A stretch of 58,146 nucleotides of DNA from a virus (taxonomy: Duplodnaviria > Caudoviricetes). The notes under the pieces were generated by a model. The model made no database searches and had not been told where the DNA came from. It saw only the letters and a program-made list of their open reading frames with translations. The position numbers were made by a program, and so were the translations under genes. Where the stretch lies: IMG/VR virus record IMGVR_UViG_3300030102_005682, positions 1 to 58,146 of that record; one strand, given 5' to 3'. The number at the start of each line of letters is the position of its first letter. Within the stretch, counting starts at the first letter, position 1. Below, piece after piece: positions 27,006 through 37,150 of the stretch.

Positions 27006-27288
27006 AGACCCAGTAAAAGGAACTGGTAAAAAACCTAAAGGTTCAGGAAGAAGATTATACACAGATGAGAATCCGAAAGACACTGTGCGCATTAAGTTCG
27101 CTACTCCTGCTGATGCACGGGCAACGGTTTCGAAAGTGCGAAAAGTTAAAAAGCCGTTTGCAAGAAAAATTCAAATCCTTACTGTTGCTGAGCAACGTGC
27201 TAAAGTAATGGGTAAAACACAAGTTGCTAGTATCTTTAAAAAAGGTAAAAATAGTATAAGGAAACAACATGGCAAAAAGCGGACTTAA
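26998..27288 (+). CDS. Basic protein
   Basis: GRRLYTDENPKDTV; overlapping operon gene. Confidence 0.75.
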   Translation: MPKDPVKGTGKKPKGSGRRLYTDENPKDTVRIKFATPADARATVSKVRKVKKPFARKIQILTVAEQRAKVMGKTQVASIFKKGKNSIRKQHGKKRT

Positions 27289-27553
27289 AGAGTGGTTTAA
27301 GCAGGACTGGGTTGATATCGGTTCTAGGAAAAAAGGTGGGGGCTTTGCTAAATGTGGTAGGTCCAAGCAAAAGAAAGATGCTAAACGAAAGTATCCTAAG
27401 TGTGTCCCTAGAGCGAAAGCTAATAGAATGAGTAAAGCTCAAATTAAATCAGCAGTATCTAGAAAAAGATCAGTAGCACAAGGAGTTGGTGGTAAGCCAA
27501 CTAATGTAAAAACAATTGTCTCGAAAAAAACAAGCAGAAAAAATAAAAGATGA
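27269..27553 (+). CDS. Basic protein
   Basis: WFKQDWVDIG, CGRS, YPKCVP. Confidence 0.75.
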   Translation: MAKSGLKEWFKQDWVDIGSRKKGGGFAKCGRSKQKKDAKRKYPKCVPRAKANRMSKAQIKSAVSRKRSVAQGVGGKPTNVKTIVSKKTSRKNKR

Positions 27554-28133
27554 TGTAATTCAATGGTCTAAGCAAGTCTTAGAGCCAATGAATAAACACA
27601 TAGGGTTTCCGGCCTGTCCGTTTGCAGCTAAATGGAGAAAAGATAATAAATTACGAATTGAAGTTCGTATGGATAAATCTAAGTACGAAAAGCATGTCAA
27701 TGCTGTTTTGAGAGATTGGAATAAAAAGAAACATGATATTATTATATTTTGTGACCCTTTTTGGGATCAATATTCTTTCGATCAGTTTCAAGACAAGATA
27801 AATTTCTATAATAAATTATATAACAAAAGAGATGTGTATTTTATGGGATTTCATCCTGAAGTGCCCGCTAACGAAGAGGAGCATGAGTTTTTGGTGGATC
27901 CGACAGATAATTGCACCTATGAGGGTAACATCGAATATTCCATGATGTTAATACAAAAATTTAAACAGTTATATGATGCAAGTTGCAAACTACATAAGAT
28001 AGGTTATTATGATAAGTGGCCGACCGAGTATTACAACGAGGTTGTGAAAACTCGACAAGACAAATACGAACAACTTTTTAAAAAGGAGAAAAAAAATGCC
28101 AGGTATGAAAAAAACAAAAAACATAGTAGGTAA
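27516..28133 (+). CDS. DUF1415-like hypothetical protein
   Basis: CPFA and FHP motifs. Confidence 0.55.
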   Translation: MSRKKQAEKIKDDVIQWSKQVLEPMNKHIGFPACPFAAKWRKDNKLRIEVRMDKSKYEKHVNAVLRDWNKKKHDIIIFCDPFWDQYSFDQFQDKINFYNKLYNKRDVYFMGFHPEVPANEEEHEFLVDPTDNCTYEGNIEYSMMLIQKFKQLYDASCKLHKIGYYDKWPTEYYNEVVKTRQDKYEQLFKKEKKNARYEKNKKHSR

Positions 28134-28254
28134 GATGCGTGGTGGCGGTAAAGTCAACAAAATGCGTGGTGGTGGAAAAGTCATGATGGCTAAAGCAGGC
28201 AAAATGATGAAAAAGGGAAAGAAGAAATCTGTAGTTAAGAAAAAACGAGGATAA
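28096..28254 (+). CDS. 52-aa Lys/Met/Gly-rich peptide with tandem KMRGGGKV
   Basis: AAGGAG RBS; MPGMKKTKNIVGKMRGGGKVNKMRGGGKVMMAKAGKMM... Confidence 0.65.
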   Translation: MPGMKKTKNIVGKMRGGGKVNKMRGGGKVMMAKAGKMMKKGKKKSVVKKKRG

Positions 28255-28259
28255 CCTGA

Positions 28260-28931
28260 ATGGCCACATCTGGAACAACAACTTTTAATTTAGAGCTTGA
28301 TGACATCATACAAGATGCGTATGAAAGATGTGGCATGTCAGGAAGCAGAACTGGTTATCAATTACAGTCTGCAAGAAGAAGTTTAAATCTTTTGTTGTCT
28401 GAATGGGGCAACAGAGGTGTTCACATTTGGAAGGTTGAGAATCACACTCAAAATCTTACTGCTGGGTCCACTACTTATACAGCCCCTTCAGATGCAAGTG
28501 ACGTTTTAGAAATGGTTTTTAGAAACGGTGATACTGATACTACAATGACAAAAATTTCAAGATCAGAGTATCAAGCTATACCAAATAAAAGTTCTCAAGG
28601 TCAACCAACACAATATTTTATTCAAAGAAATTTATCTAATGTTCAAATTAATTTATATCTAACTCCTAGTACAACAGATACTCAAATTAATTATTATTAT
28701 TTAGGAAGAATTGAAGATGCGGGTGATTATACAAACACACCAGATGCTCCTTATAGATTTTTACCTTGCATGGTTTCAGGGTTAGCTTATTTCTTATCAC
28801 AAAAGATATCCCCCGATAGAACACAGGCTCTAAAATTATATTATGAAGATGAAATGCAAAGAGCTCTTACAGAAGACAGTCAATCAACTTCTGTTCACAT
28901 AGTTCCTCAAAATTATTTCATAGGAAGTTAA
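28260..28931 (+). CDS. Head-tail adaptor / tail tubular-like protein
   Basis: ARRSLNLLLSEWGNRG, GQPTQY, GLAY; start of tail module. Confidence 0.65.
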   Translation: MATSGTTTFNLELDDIIQDAYERCGMSGSRTGYQLQSARRSLNLLLSEWGNRGVHIWKVENHTQNLTAGSTTYTAPSDASDVLEMVFRNGDTDTTMTKISRSEYQAIPNKSSQGQPTQYFIQRNLSNVQINLYLTPSTTDTQINYYYLGRIEDAGDYTNTPDAPYRFLPCMVSGLAYFLSQKISPDRTQALKLYYEDEMQRALTEDSQSTSVHIVPQNYFIGS

Positions 28932-28932
28932 A

Positions 28933-29265
28933 ATGGGAAATTTTGCTACTGGTAAACATGCCATAGCGCTATGCGATCGTTGTGGTCAACAATATAAATT
29001 TCATAGATTACGTCAGGAGTGGAATGGTCTTAAAACCTGTCCTTCATGTTTTGAGCCTAAACATCCACAACTCGATCCACCTCACCATAAAGCGGATGCT
29101 CAAGCGTTACCTTGGTCAAGACCCGCAAGACAAGAACCTATGACTGTGTTTGTTGGAGCACCAGGCGATACTGCTTTTGAATCTAATGGAATGCAACCAG
29201 CTCAAGAAAGCAGAGAGTTGATTATTGGATCAAGTGTTGGTATTGTTACAGTGGTAATATCATGA
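28933..29265 (+). CDS. Zn-ribbon (CDRC...CPSC) tail-module protein
   Basis: Two CxxC pairs then KHPQ. Confidence 0.7.
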   Translation: MGNFATGKHAIALCDRCGQQYKFHRLRQEWNGLKTCPSCFEPKHPQLDPPHHKADAQALPWSRPARQEPMTVFVGAPGDTAFESNGMQPAQESRELIIGSSVGIVTVVIS

Positions 29266-29957
29266 ATTATTCTGAACTTTTAGACAATGTAAGAAATTAT
29301 ACAGAGGTAACTTCTGATGTATTATCTAACACTGTAATAAATGTTTTTTTAACTAATATAGAAAATAGAATAGATAGGGCTGTTGATGGCGATTATCAAA
29401 GAAGGTATGCCACCAGTGTTTTTGAAGCTAACAATGCTTTTTTAGATATATCAGGTCCTGAGGGTGGGTTTAGGTTTGCAAGAGGTTTAGAGCTTGTTGA
29501 ATCTGATAACACTAGAACTTGGTTAGAACAAAAAGATACAACATTTATTGATGAGTATATTCCTAAGAGATCTATTGCAAATACAAGTTTTACAGGTAAG
29601 CCAAAATATTGGGCTAATTGGGATGCAACCACTTTAATAGTGGCACCCACACCAAATTTAGCTTACACAGTTGAAATGTGGTATCAGGAAACTCCTGAAA
29701 GACTTGGAAACGGGTCAGGCACTACAAGCACAACCACTTTTATATCAAACAAAGCACCTGAGGTTCTTCTGTATGGAACTCTCGCAGAAGCATATTCTTA
29801 CTTGAAAAATACACAGGATATGCAAATATACGAACAGAAGTTCCAAACTGCTTTAAGTGAATTTGCACAAGAGCAGATGGGACGTAAACGTAGAGACGAG
29901 TATGTAGACGGTGTGTTACGACTCCCTCTAAGATCAGTAGACCCAGGAGGTAAATAA
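29262..29957 (+). CDS. Second adaptor-like virion protein
   Basis: GKPKYW, APTP, LLYGTLAEA. Confidence 0.6.
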   Translation: MNYSELLDNVRNYTEVTSDVLSNTVINVFLTNIENRIDRAVDGDYQRRYATSVFEANNAFLDISGPEGGFRFARGLELVESDNTRTWLEQKDTTFIDEYIPKRSIANTSFTGKPKYWANWDATTLIVAPTPNLAYTVEMWYQETPERLGNGSGTTSTTTFISNKAPEVLLYGTLAEAYSYLKNTQDMQIYEQKFQTALSEFAQEQMGRKRRDEYVDGVLRLPLRSVDPGGK

Positions 29958-29959
29958 AC

Positions 29960-30403
29960 ATGGCAATAAATCAAGCAGTCTGTGCTTCCTTTAAAAAGGA
30001 GTTATTGGCAGGGGATCACGATATTGATGGTGACACAATCAATCTTGCTCTTTACACAAACTCTGCAACATTAAACGGAAACACTACAGCATTTTCAGCA
30101 ACTAACGAAGTTCCAAACTCTGGCACATACGCTAGTGGTGGGGCAACCCTAACTGGTGCAACCATTGGATTAACAGCAACTAGCGCAACAGCATCAACAG
30201 CATTTGTTGACTTTGCAAACGTAAGCTTCACTTCAGCAACAATATCTGCTCAAGCGGCTTTAATTTACAATAGATCATCAAGTAATACTAATGCAGCTAT
30301 TGCGGTTCTAGACTTTGGTAGTGTTAAGACATCAACAAACGGAACATTTACGATTGCATTTCCAACTAACGATGCTTCAAGTGCTATACTAAGACTTTCA
30401 TAG
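29960..30403 (+). CDS. Tail structural protein
   Basis: SFKKELL, LALYT, YASGG, VLDFG; AGGAGG RBS. Confidence 0.7.
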   Translation: MAINQAVCASFKKELLAGDHDIDGDTINLALYTNSATLNGNTTAFSATNEVPNSGTYASGGATLTGATIGLTATSATASTAFVDFANVSFTSATISAQAALIYNRSSSNTNAAIAVLDFGSVKTSTNGTFTIAFPTNDASSAILRLS

Positions 30404-30412
30404 GAGGTCTAA

Positions 30413-31891
30413 ATGACCACCTACACTGTTACTGTTGTAAGCACCGGGGGTGGTAATAAGTATTTCATTAACGGTGTCCAACAGGACACAGTATATTTAG
30501 ACACTAACGGATCATTTGTTTTTGATCAGAGTGCAGGCTCTAACGATGGGCACCCTCTACAACTTAGTACTACATCAGGGGGAACTCATAGTGGCGGCAC
30601 TCGATATGATACAGGAGTAGTCTATACAGGAGATGGATCTACTGTAAGCGCTTCTGATTACATAAGTAATTTTAACACTTATACAACTAGAAGTGTTACG
30701 ATATCTCCAACAGCTTCAACACCTAATTTATTTTACTATTGTGCTATTCATCCAGCTATGGGTGGATCTGCTCCTGTGAGCGACAGGAACAGTTGGGGCA
30801 GACAGGCTTGGGGTAATGGTCAGTGGGGTGATCAAGCAGATGTAGATGAAACCTTAGGTTCTTTAACAGCATCTACAGCAGTGTCGTCTGCAACTGTAGA
30901 GGCAACAATAGGTTCGGGTTGGGGTAGAGATGCTTGGAGTAGTCTTGCTTGGGGCGTATCTCACTCTGCGGAGTTAGAATCATTACAATCAACATTTGCG
31001 GCAGGAACTCTCTCTGTAGAGGCCGATGCTTTAGTTCAACCAACAGGTGTATCAGCAACAACAGCTTTAGGCACCGCTACAGGCGAGCCCGAACATAGAA
31101 TATTTCCAACAGGAGTTTCTTCAACTACATCATTAGGTTCTGTAACCATTTTAGAGGGAGCGGGCACTATCTTAAATAGTCTTGCCATGACTTTTGCAAC
31201 TGGTGATGAAACAGGGTCTGGTACAGTCGATGTAGGTTGGGGTAGAAATACTTGGGGTTCATTCGCATGGAATGAAAATATAGAGTTTTTTGCAAACGTA
31301 ACTAGCGTTTCAATGACTTCAAATTTAGGAAATTTGACTGTGCCTGTTGCAGGTACGGGTGTCATAGTCAACGCTACAAGTTTAAGTATGACTGCAACTG
31401 CCGGAACATTATCAGTTTCAGGTGCATCAGCCTTAGTTGAACCAACTTCTCTTACAATAAGCGCCGCTCTTTCAGGAGTTACAGTTTCAGGTGAGGGTAG
31501 TGTTGGTGTTGTGGCTCCTTCAGATCAATTAGATTTTGCTATTGGAACACCTGTCATTGATATATTTACACAAGCAGACGTTACTGGTGTAGCACTGACA
31601 ACTAACTTAGGAGCTATAGGTACGGTTTCTGACGCATTAGTATCAGTTACGGGAGTGAGCTCTAGTTTTGCCTCAGGAACACCAAGCACAAACGTTGGAA
31701 CTGGTGTTATTGTGAACGTTTCAACAGTTGCGTTAAGTTTTAGTCCTGGTAGCGTTACACCAATCGCAGCTGCAGTGGTAAATTTAACAGGTTTAGAAAC
31801 AACCGCTACATTAGGAGATACCTTTGAAACACCATGGGCAAATGTGGTTACAGGAGCAAGTAATACATGGACAGAGGTAGATGCAGCATAA
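30413..31891 (+). CDS. Tail fibre/spike-like protein with cupredoxin-like N-domain and WG repeats
   Basis: GHPL...YYCAIHPAMG; three WG-rich repeats; Thr/Ser/Val-rich body. Confidence 0.65.
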   Translation: MTTYTVTVVSTGGGNKYFINGVQQDTVYLDTNGSFVFDQSAGSNDGHPLQLSTTSGGTHSGGTRYDTGVVYTGDGSTVSASDYISNFNTYTTRSVTISPTASTPNLFYYCAIHPAMGGSAPVSDRNSWGRQAWGNGQWGDQADVDETLGSLTASTAVSSATVEATIGSGWGRDAWSSLAWGVSHSAELESLQSTFAAGTLSVEADALVQPTGVSATTALGTATGEPEHRIFPTGVSSTTSLGSVTILEGAGTILNSLAMTFATGDETGSGTVDVGWGRNTWGSFAWNENIEFFANVTSVSMTSNLGNLTVPVAGTGVIVNATSLSMTATAGTLSVSGASALVEPTSLTISAALSGVTVSGEGSVGVVAPSDQLDFAIGTPVIDIFTQADVTGVALTTNLGAIGTVSDALVSVTGVSSSFASGTPSTNVGTGVIVNVSTVALSFSPGSVTPIAAAVVNLTGLETTATLGDTFETPWANVVTGASNTWTEVDAA

Positions 31892-32381
31892 TTCAAATTT
31901 GTTTGACGTAATCGATAATTTTTTACCACAAGACTATTTTAAACAACTACAAGATTTACTTATTTATAATGATAATTTTCCTTATTATTTAATAAAAGGT
32001 AAGGTCATTGAGGAAGACGATGACTATCAATTTACACATCTTATAGTTGATAGAGGAAATGTAAACTCTGCTTATTTAGATAAATTTATTCCAGTTTTTG
32101 AAAAATTAAATGCAAAAAGAATACAAAGAGCTAAAATTAATTTACAACCAAGATCTGCAAATATTGAATTAAGCCGTGCTCATAAAGACTATGATGAGGG
32201 GGACATAAAAGCATGTGTATTGTATTTAAATACTAATAATGGATTTACTTATTTTGGTGAAGAAAAGGTGTACTCGGTGGAAAATAGAGTTGTGTTATTT
32301 AATGGAAATCATTTACACGGAGGTAGCACTTGCACCGATCATAATGTTAGAGTAGTATTAAATATCAACTATTTTGATTAA
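31881..32381 (+). CDS. 2OG-Fe(II) oxygenase
   Basis: HKD...YLNTNNGFT...H...RVVLNINY. Confidence 0.8.
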   Translation: MQHNSNLFDVIDNFLPQDYFKQLQDLLIYNDNFPYYLIKGKVIEEDDDYQFTHLIVDRGNVNSAYLDKFIPVFEKLNAKRIQRAKINLQPRSANIELSRAHKDYDEGDIKACVLYLNTNNGFTYFGEEKVYSVENRVVLFNGNHLHGGSTCTDHNVRVVLNINYFD

Positions 32382-32445
32382 ATATCATTATAAAAAAAGT
32401 GTTGCTAGGATATTAAAAAAGGATATATTTTAGAGAGGTAAAAAG

Positions 32446-33462
32446 ATGAGCACATACTCAAGCAGACTTAAATTCGAACTCATGGCAACTGGCGCTAATG
32501 CCAATACATGGGGTACTAGAACAAATAATAATTTAGATGTTGCAGATGCCTTTATTGGTGGATATTTATCAAAATCTGTTGCTGGTTCAGCTGATGTAAC
32601 ATTAACAACTGCAAATTCAGATCCGTCTGCGGAAGCCTCTAACAAAGTAATTGAACTTACAGGTGCTTTAACAGGAGATATAAAAGTTTTAATTCCTGCT
32701 GCTGAGTCTAATTACCTTATTTATAACAATACTTCTGGCACACAAACCTTAACCATAGCTGCCACAGGACACACTGCGAATGGAACTACAATTTCTCAAG
32801 GTGGTTGGCATTGGGTTTATTGTAAAGGTTCATCAAATTTCAACGTGGTTGAAGCAGCTTTTACAACAACAGATGCCTCTGCTTTAACTTCAGGAACATT
32901 AGCTAACGCTAGATTAGATGCACAACTTCAAGACGTTGCTGGACTAGCCACTACTGATGGTGGTGTTATAGTCGGTGATGGCGCTAACTTTGTTTTAGAA
33001 ACTGGGGCAACATTACGAACAAGCTTAGGTTTAGGAACAGCATCTGATGTTCAGTTTAATGACATGCAAGTAGATTCACTCGGTGTCGCCACAGCCGCAT
33101 CAGGCACAAGTGGTGAGATTAGAGCTACGAATGATATTACTGCTTTTTATTCTTCAGACGTTGCATTGAAAGAAAATATTGAAAATATTTCATCACCAAT
33201 GGATAAAGTTCAAAATCTTAATGGTGTATTGTTTGACTGGAAACAAGAGTTTATTGACGCAAAAGGTGGCGAAGACGGATACTTTGTTCGTAAAAGAGAT
33301 GTCGGTGTTGTAGCACAAGACGTAGAAAAAGTTTTACCAGAGGTTGTGGGTACACGACCAGATGGTGTTAAAGCAGTCAAATATGATAGATTATGCGCTT
33401 TATTAATAGAGTGCGTAAAGGATTTACAAGATCAGGTTAACGATATAAAAAAGGATAACTAA
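32446..33462 (+). CDS. Tail fibre with C-terminal intramolecular chaperone (Peptidase S74-like)
   Basis: SSDVALKENI, GVVAQDVEKVLPEVV, VKYDRL, terminal coiled coil. Confidence 0.85.
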   Translation: MSTYSSRLKFELMATGANANTWGTRTNNNLDVADAFIGGYLSKSVAGSADVTLTTANSDPSAEASNKVIELTGALTGDIKVLIPAAESNYLIYNNTSGTQTLTIAATGHTANGTTISQGGWHWVYCKGSSNFNVVEAAFTTTDASALTSGTLANARLDAQLQDVAGLATTDGGVIVGDGANFVLETGATLRTSLGLGTASDVQFNDMQVDSLGVATAASGTSGEIRATNDITAFYSSDVALKENIENISSPMDKVQNLNGVLFDWKQEFIDAKGGEDGYFVRKRDVGVVAQDVEKVLPEVVGTRPDGVKAVKYDRLCALLIECVKDLQDQVNDIKKDN

Positions 33463-34745
33463 TGCCTACTCCTTCAGGACAAATAGGGTTATCAGACGTT
33501 AATGACGAAATAGGCAACGCTACCACAGCACAAATTAATATGAACAACGCCGATGTTAGAAGTTTGGCGGGTGTTTCTTCTGGTGCTATTAGCATGTCAG
33601 ATCTTCAAGACAAAGCGTTTAATCCAACTATTAGTTCAATTACAGGTACAATATTAACGGGAATCGCAACTAGTTTAACAATTGCGGGCACTAGATTTAA
33701 CGCACCAAATAACGTTACAGTTAATTTCACTCAATCATCTGATAGCATAAACGAAAATGTTGTAGTGACACCTGCAAGTGATACCTCTCTTACAGTTGCT
33801 GTTCCTGCAAATGTTTATAACAATGTTACCGCAGGTAATGACGTAACTCTTACAGTGACTAACTCTGATGCTAAAACATCATCAGGTTCAAACACTACTG
33901 CTGTTGCTTCACCTAGTGGTGGTTCAATTACCACAAGTGGTGATTTCAGAATTCATACTTTCACGTCTTCAGGGACTTTCACCAACACTATTTCAAACTT
34001 AGAGGTTGAATATCTTGTTATTGCTGGTGGTGGCGGTGGTTCACAGTCAAGAGACGCTACTGGTGGTGGCGGCGGTGGAGCAGGTGGTTATCGTACCTCT
34101 GTTGTCGGTCAGACATCAGGTGGCGGTTCATCTGCTGAATCAAAATTAACTCTATCAACTGGAGGTAAGACAGTTACTATCGGCGCTGGTGGTGGAAACC
34201 AAGCTAACGGTAATGACTCTGTTTTTGACTCAGTCACATCATTAGGTGGTGGACGTGGTGCAGGATACAGCAGAAACAACGGTGGTAATGGTGGCTCAGG
34301 CGGTGGATGGGCGTACAATCAGTCTCAAGGTTCAGGAACATCAGGTCAAGGAACTGATGGTCAAGGAAACATTGGCGTAGCTGGTGGAGGAGGCGGTGGT
34401 GCCTCTTCAACTGGATCAGGCGGTGGAGGAAGTACTGGTGGTAACGGCGGTGCAGGACAATCATCAAACATAACTGGCTCATCTGTTACTAGAGCTGGCG
34501 GAGGAGGCGGTGGATCAAGTACAGGATATGGCACTATCGGAAGAGGTCAAGGCGGATCCGGTGGTGGAGGCGCAGGTGGCTGTGAAGGTCAGCCAGGCGG
34601 TGACTCACCTCAAAACGGCTCAGCTAACACTGGTGGCGGTGGCGGAGGCCCAATCGGTAATGGTGGCACAAACAGTGGTGGTCAAAGCGGAGCCACTGGT
34701 GGATCAGGTATCGTTATTGTAAGGTATGATGTAACAAGTATATAG
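33462..34745 (+). CDS. Glycine-rich fibre/adhesin protein
   Basis: IHTFTSSG, YLVIAGGG, ANTGGGGG, GGSGIVIVRY. Confidence 0.8.
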   Translation: MPTPSGQIGLSDVNDEIGNATTAQINMNNADVRSLAGVSSGAISMSDLQDKAFNPTISSITGTILTGIATSLTIAGTRFNAPNNVTVNFTQSSDSINENVVVTPASDTSLTVAVPANVYNNVTAGNDVTLTVTNSDAKTSSGSNTTAVASPSGGSITTSGDFRIHTFTSSGTFTNTISNLEVEYLVIAGGGGGSQSRDATGGGGGGAGGYRTSVVGQTSGGGSSAESKLTLSTGGKTVTIGAGGGNQANGNDSVFDSVTSLGGGRGAGYSRNNGGNGGSGGGWAYNQSQGSGTSGQGTDGQGNIGVAGGGGGGASSTGSGGGGSTGGNGGAGQSSNITGSSVTRAGGGGGGSSTGYGTIGRGQGGSGGGGAGGCEGQPGGDSPQNGSANTGGGGGGPIGNGGTNSGGQSGATGGSGIVIVRYDVTSI

Positions 34746-34753
34746 GATAACAA

Positions 34754-35119
34754 ATGGCACATTTTGCATTAGTAGAAAATAATTTAGTAGTAAAAGTAAT
34801 AGTTGCAGAACAAGAATATATAAACACTCTTGAAGGAACCTGGGTTCAAACTTCATATAATACTAGAGGTGGTATTCACTACCAACCCAACACTAATACT
34901 CCTAGTGAGGATCAGTCAAAAGCATTGAGAAAAAACTTTGCAGGTATTGGAGATACTTATGACTCTACAAGAGATGCTTTTTATGCACCAAAACCTTTTG
35001 ATTCATGGGTGCTAAGAGAAGATGACTGCGTATGGCACGCACCAGTAGAGTACCCATCAGACGGTAAAAATTATAAGTGGGACGAAGAAAATAAACAATG
35101 GATAGAAATAGAAAGTTAG
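34754..35119 (+). CDS. Fibre-associated small protein
   Basis: MAHFA, WVQTSYN, RKNFAGIG, WDE...W. Confidence 0.7.
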   Translation: MAHFALVENNLVVKVIVAEQEYINTLEGTWVQTSYNTRGGIHYQPNTNTPSEDQSKALRKNFAGIGDTYDSTRDAFYAPKPFDSWVLREDDCVWHAPVEYPSDGKNYKWDEENKQWIEIES

Positions 35120-35135
35120 TAACAAACTAACTCAA

Positions 35136-35723
35136 TTGAGCGATACTTACGACATATTTCGCATACCTGTTTTTGCAGAGTATACAGATTTAGATAATAA
35201 AGCCATGAGTGATTATTCTTTATCGCTTATGGAAAAAGATGAAGGACGTAAACTTTCTAACGAAGGAGGATGGCAGTCCAAAGATTTGACAGGTGTGCAC
35301 ATGCCTCTCAACGATTTATTTAAAAACATTACTACCGCAAGTAATAACTTTGCATCACAATTATTCTTACCTAAACAACAAATAAGTAATATTTGGATTA
35401 ATATAAATGGCTACAAAGATTTTAATACAAGTCATAGACATCCTAATTCTTTTTTGTCAGGTGTTTACTATTTACAAACACATGAAAATTGTGGTTGCAT
35501 ATCAATGACTAATCCTTGTGCATCTCTTATTGAAGGCTATTGGTCCCCACATTTAACTGTTGTTAATGAAAATAAACTTAATTTAAAATGGGAGTTTCTA
35601 GCGGAAACAGGCAGAATGTTTATCTTTCCGAGTTGGATGGAGCATGAAGTAAAACCCAACTTAGACAAAGATAAAAAAAGAATTTCAATATCTTGGAACA
35701 CATGTGTTGATAAAGGAGAATAG
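35136..35723 (+). CDS. 2OG-Fe(II) oxygenase (TIGR02466-like)
   Basis: HRHPNSFLSGVYY, FPSWMEHEV, RISISWN. Confidence 0.85.
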   Translation: MSDTYDIFRIPVFAEYTDLDNKAMSDYSLSLMEKDEGRKLSNEGGWQSKDLTGVHMPLNDLFKNITTASNNFASQLFLPKQQISNIWININGYKDFNTSHRHPNSFLSGVYYLQTHENCGCISMTNPCASLIEGYWSPHLTVVNENKLNLKWEFLAETGRMFIFPSWMEHEVKPNLDKDKKRISISWNTCVDKGE

Positions 35724-36542
35724 ATGATAAAACCAGAAGAATTAAAAGAAAAAGATTTTAGAATATATTTAGGAATGCCAATGTATGGGGGAATGTTATG
35801 TGAAGCCACATTACATGGTCTTCTTGAGGTACAGCAATGGAGTATGGCTAAGGGAGTAGGATTACGTTTTCAATCCATGGGTAATGAAAGTTTAATAACT
35901 AGAGCGAGAAATACAATTGTTTCAATGATGTTTGACGATAAAGATTTTATAGGAACTCATCTTTTATTTATTGATGCAGATATAGGTTTCTCTTGGAGAA
36001 ATATTGAGAGGCTATTGTGTGCAGATAAAGATGTTGTGTGTGGTATTTATCCAAGAAAACATTTGCATCTTGAAAAAGCATCTAAATGGATAAATGAAAA
36101 CCCTAATATTAAACCTGATGAATTAGAAGCAAAGATGTTAGGATATAATCTTAACTTTGATGATCCTAATAACCTAAGAGGTGAGAATGGTTTTTTTAGA
36201 GTTAATGAAGCTGCAACAGGTATGATGTTAGTTAAGAGAGAAGTTTTTAGAACTATGTTTAAAAAGTTTCCTGAGAGAAAATATGAATCTGATCAAATAG
36301 TTAATGGTGAGTATCTTAAGTCTGATAATTGTTATGACTTGTTTGCTGTTGGTCCTTATGAAACACAACACGTTGATGGCACACCAATGATTAGATATCT
36401 ATCAGAAGATTATTACTTTTCAAGATTATGGCAAGAGTGTGGCGGGGAGATATGGGCTGACCTGGCCATGCCATTAACACACTTTGGTAACAGAGCATTT
36501 AAAGGTCATGTTGGATCTTTAGTGGCAGCTAAAAATGCGTGA
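35724..36542 (+). CDS. GT-A fold glycosyltransferase
   Basis: SLITRARN, LFIDADI (DxD), TGMML, SEDYYF. Confidence 0.8.
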   Translation: MIKPEELKEKDFRIYLGMPMYGGMLCEATLHGLLEVQQWSMAKGVGLRFQSMGNESLITRARNTIVSMMFDDKDFIGTHLLFIDADIGFSWRNIERLLCADKDVVCGIYPRKHLHLEKASKWINENPNIKPDELEAKMLGYNLNFDDPNNLRGENGFFRVNEAATGMMLVKREVFRTMFKKFPERKYESDQIVNGEYLKSDNCYDLFAVGPYETQHVDGTPMIRYLSEDYYFSRLWQECGGEIWADLAMPLTHFGNRAFKGHVGSLVAAKNA

Positions 36543-37113
36543 GTTTAATTTACCAAAAAACACTCTCATGGGTGGTTGGTTTATCAATGGTAAAATTTGT
36601 GATGACATCATCAAGTCTTATAAAGATAATAGTATAAGAGCTAAAGAGGGTAAGGTATATGATGAACAACAAAACTCTATTGTTGAAAAAAAAACTAAAG
36701 AAAGTTTTGATTTACACTTTGAGGCAAGCATGCTTTTTTCACCCTATAGAGATTATTTAGATGAATTACAAAAAGCCTTAGATCTTTATCATAACAAATA
36801 TCCCATGCTTAATGAGATACAAAGGTTTACCATTAGAGAGTTTATTTACATACAAAAGTATCCACCAGGAGGGGGTTTTAAAAAGTGGCATTTTGAAGAA
36901 CCAGGAAATTTGAGAAGATGTCTCGTTTTTATGACTTTCTTAAATGACTTGACTGATGAAGGAGGAACTGAGTTTCTTTATCAAGACTTAAAAGTAGAAC
37001 CTAAAAAAGGATTAACTCTAATATGGCCATCTTACTGGACTCACACTCATCGTGGTGTTATTAGTAAAACTCAAGAAAAATACATTGTTACTGGTTGGTA
37101 CAGTAATTTTTAA
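36535..37113 (+). CDS. 2OG-Fe(II) oxygenase (prolyl-hydroxylase-like)
   Basis: WHFE, FLND..GGTEF, HTHRG, KYIVTGW. Confidence 0.85.
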   Translation: MREFNLPKNTLMGGWFINGKICDDIIKSYKDNSIRAKEGKVYDEQQNSIVEKKTKESFDLHFEASMLFSPYRDYLDELQKALDLYHNKYPMLNEIQRFTIREFIYIQKYPPGGGFKKWHFEEPGNLRRCLVFMTFLNDLTDEGGTEFLYQDLKVEPKKGLTLIWPSYWTHTHRGVISKTQEKYIVTGWYSNF

Positions 37114-37150
37114 TATAGAAAAATGACTGTTTATATATTATTTTAACACC

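Noticed and set aside
34020-34710. Second GGT/GGC-rich tract resembling the array
   Set aside because: Period is 3 and in frame with Gly codons of the adhesin gene.
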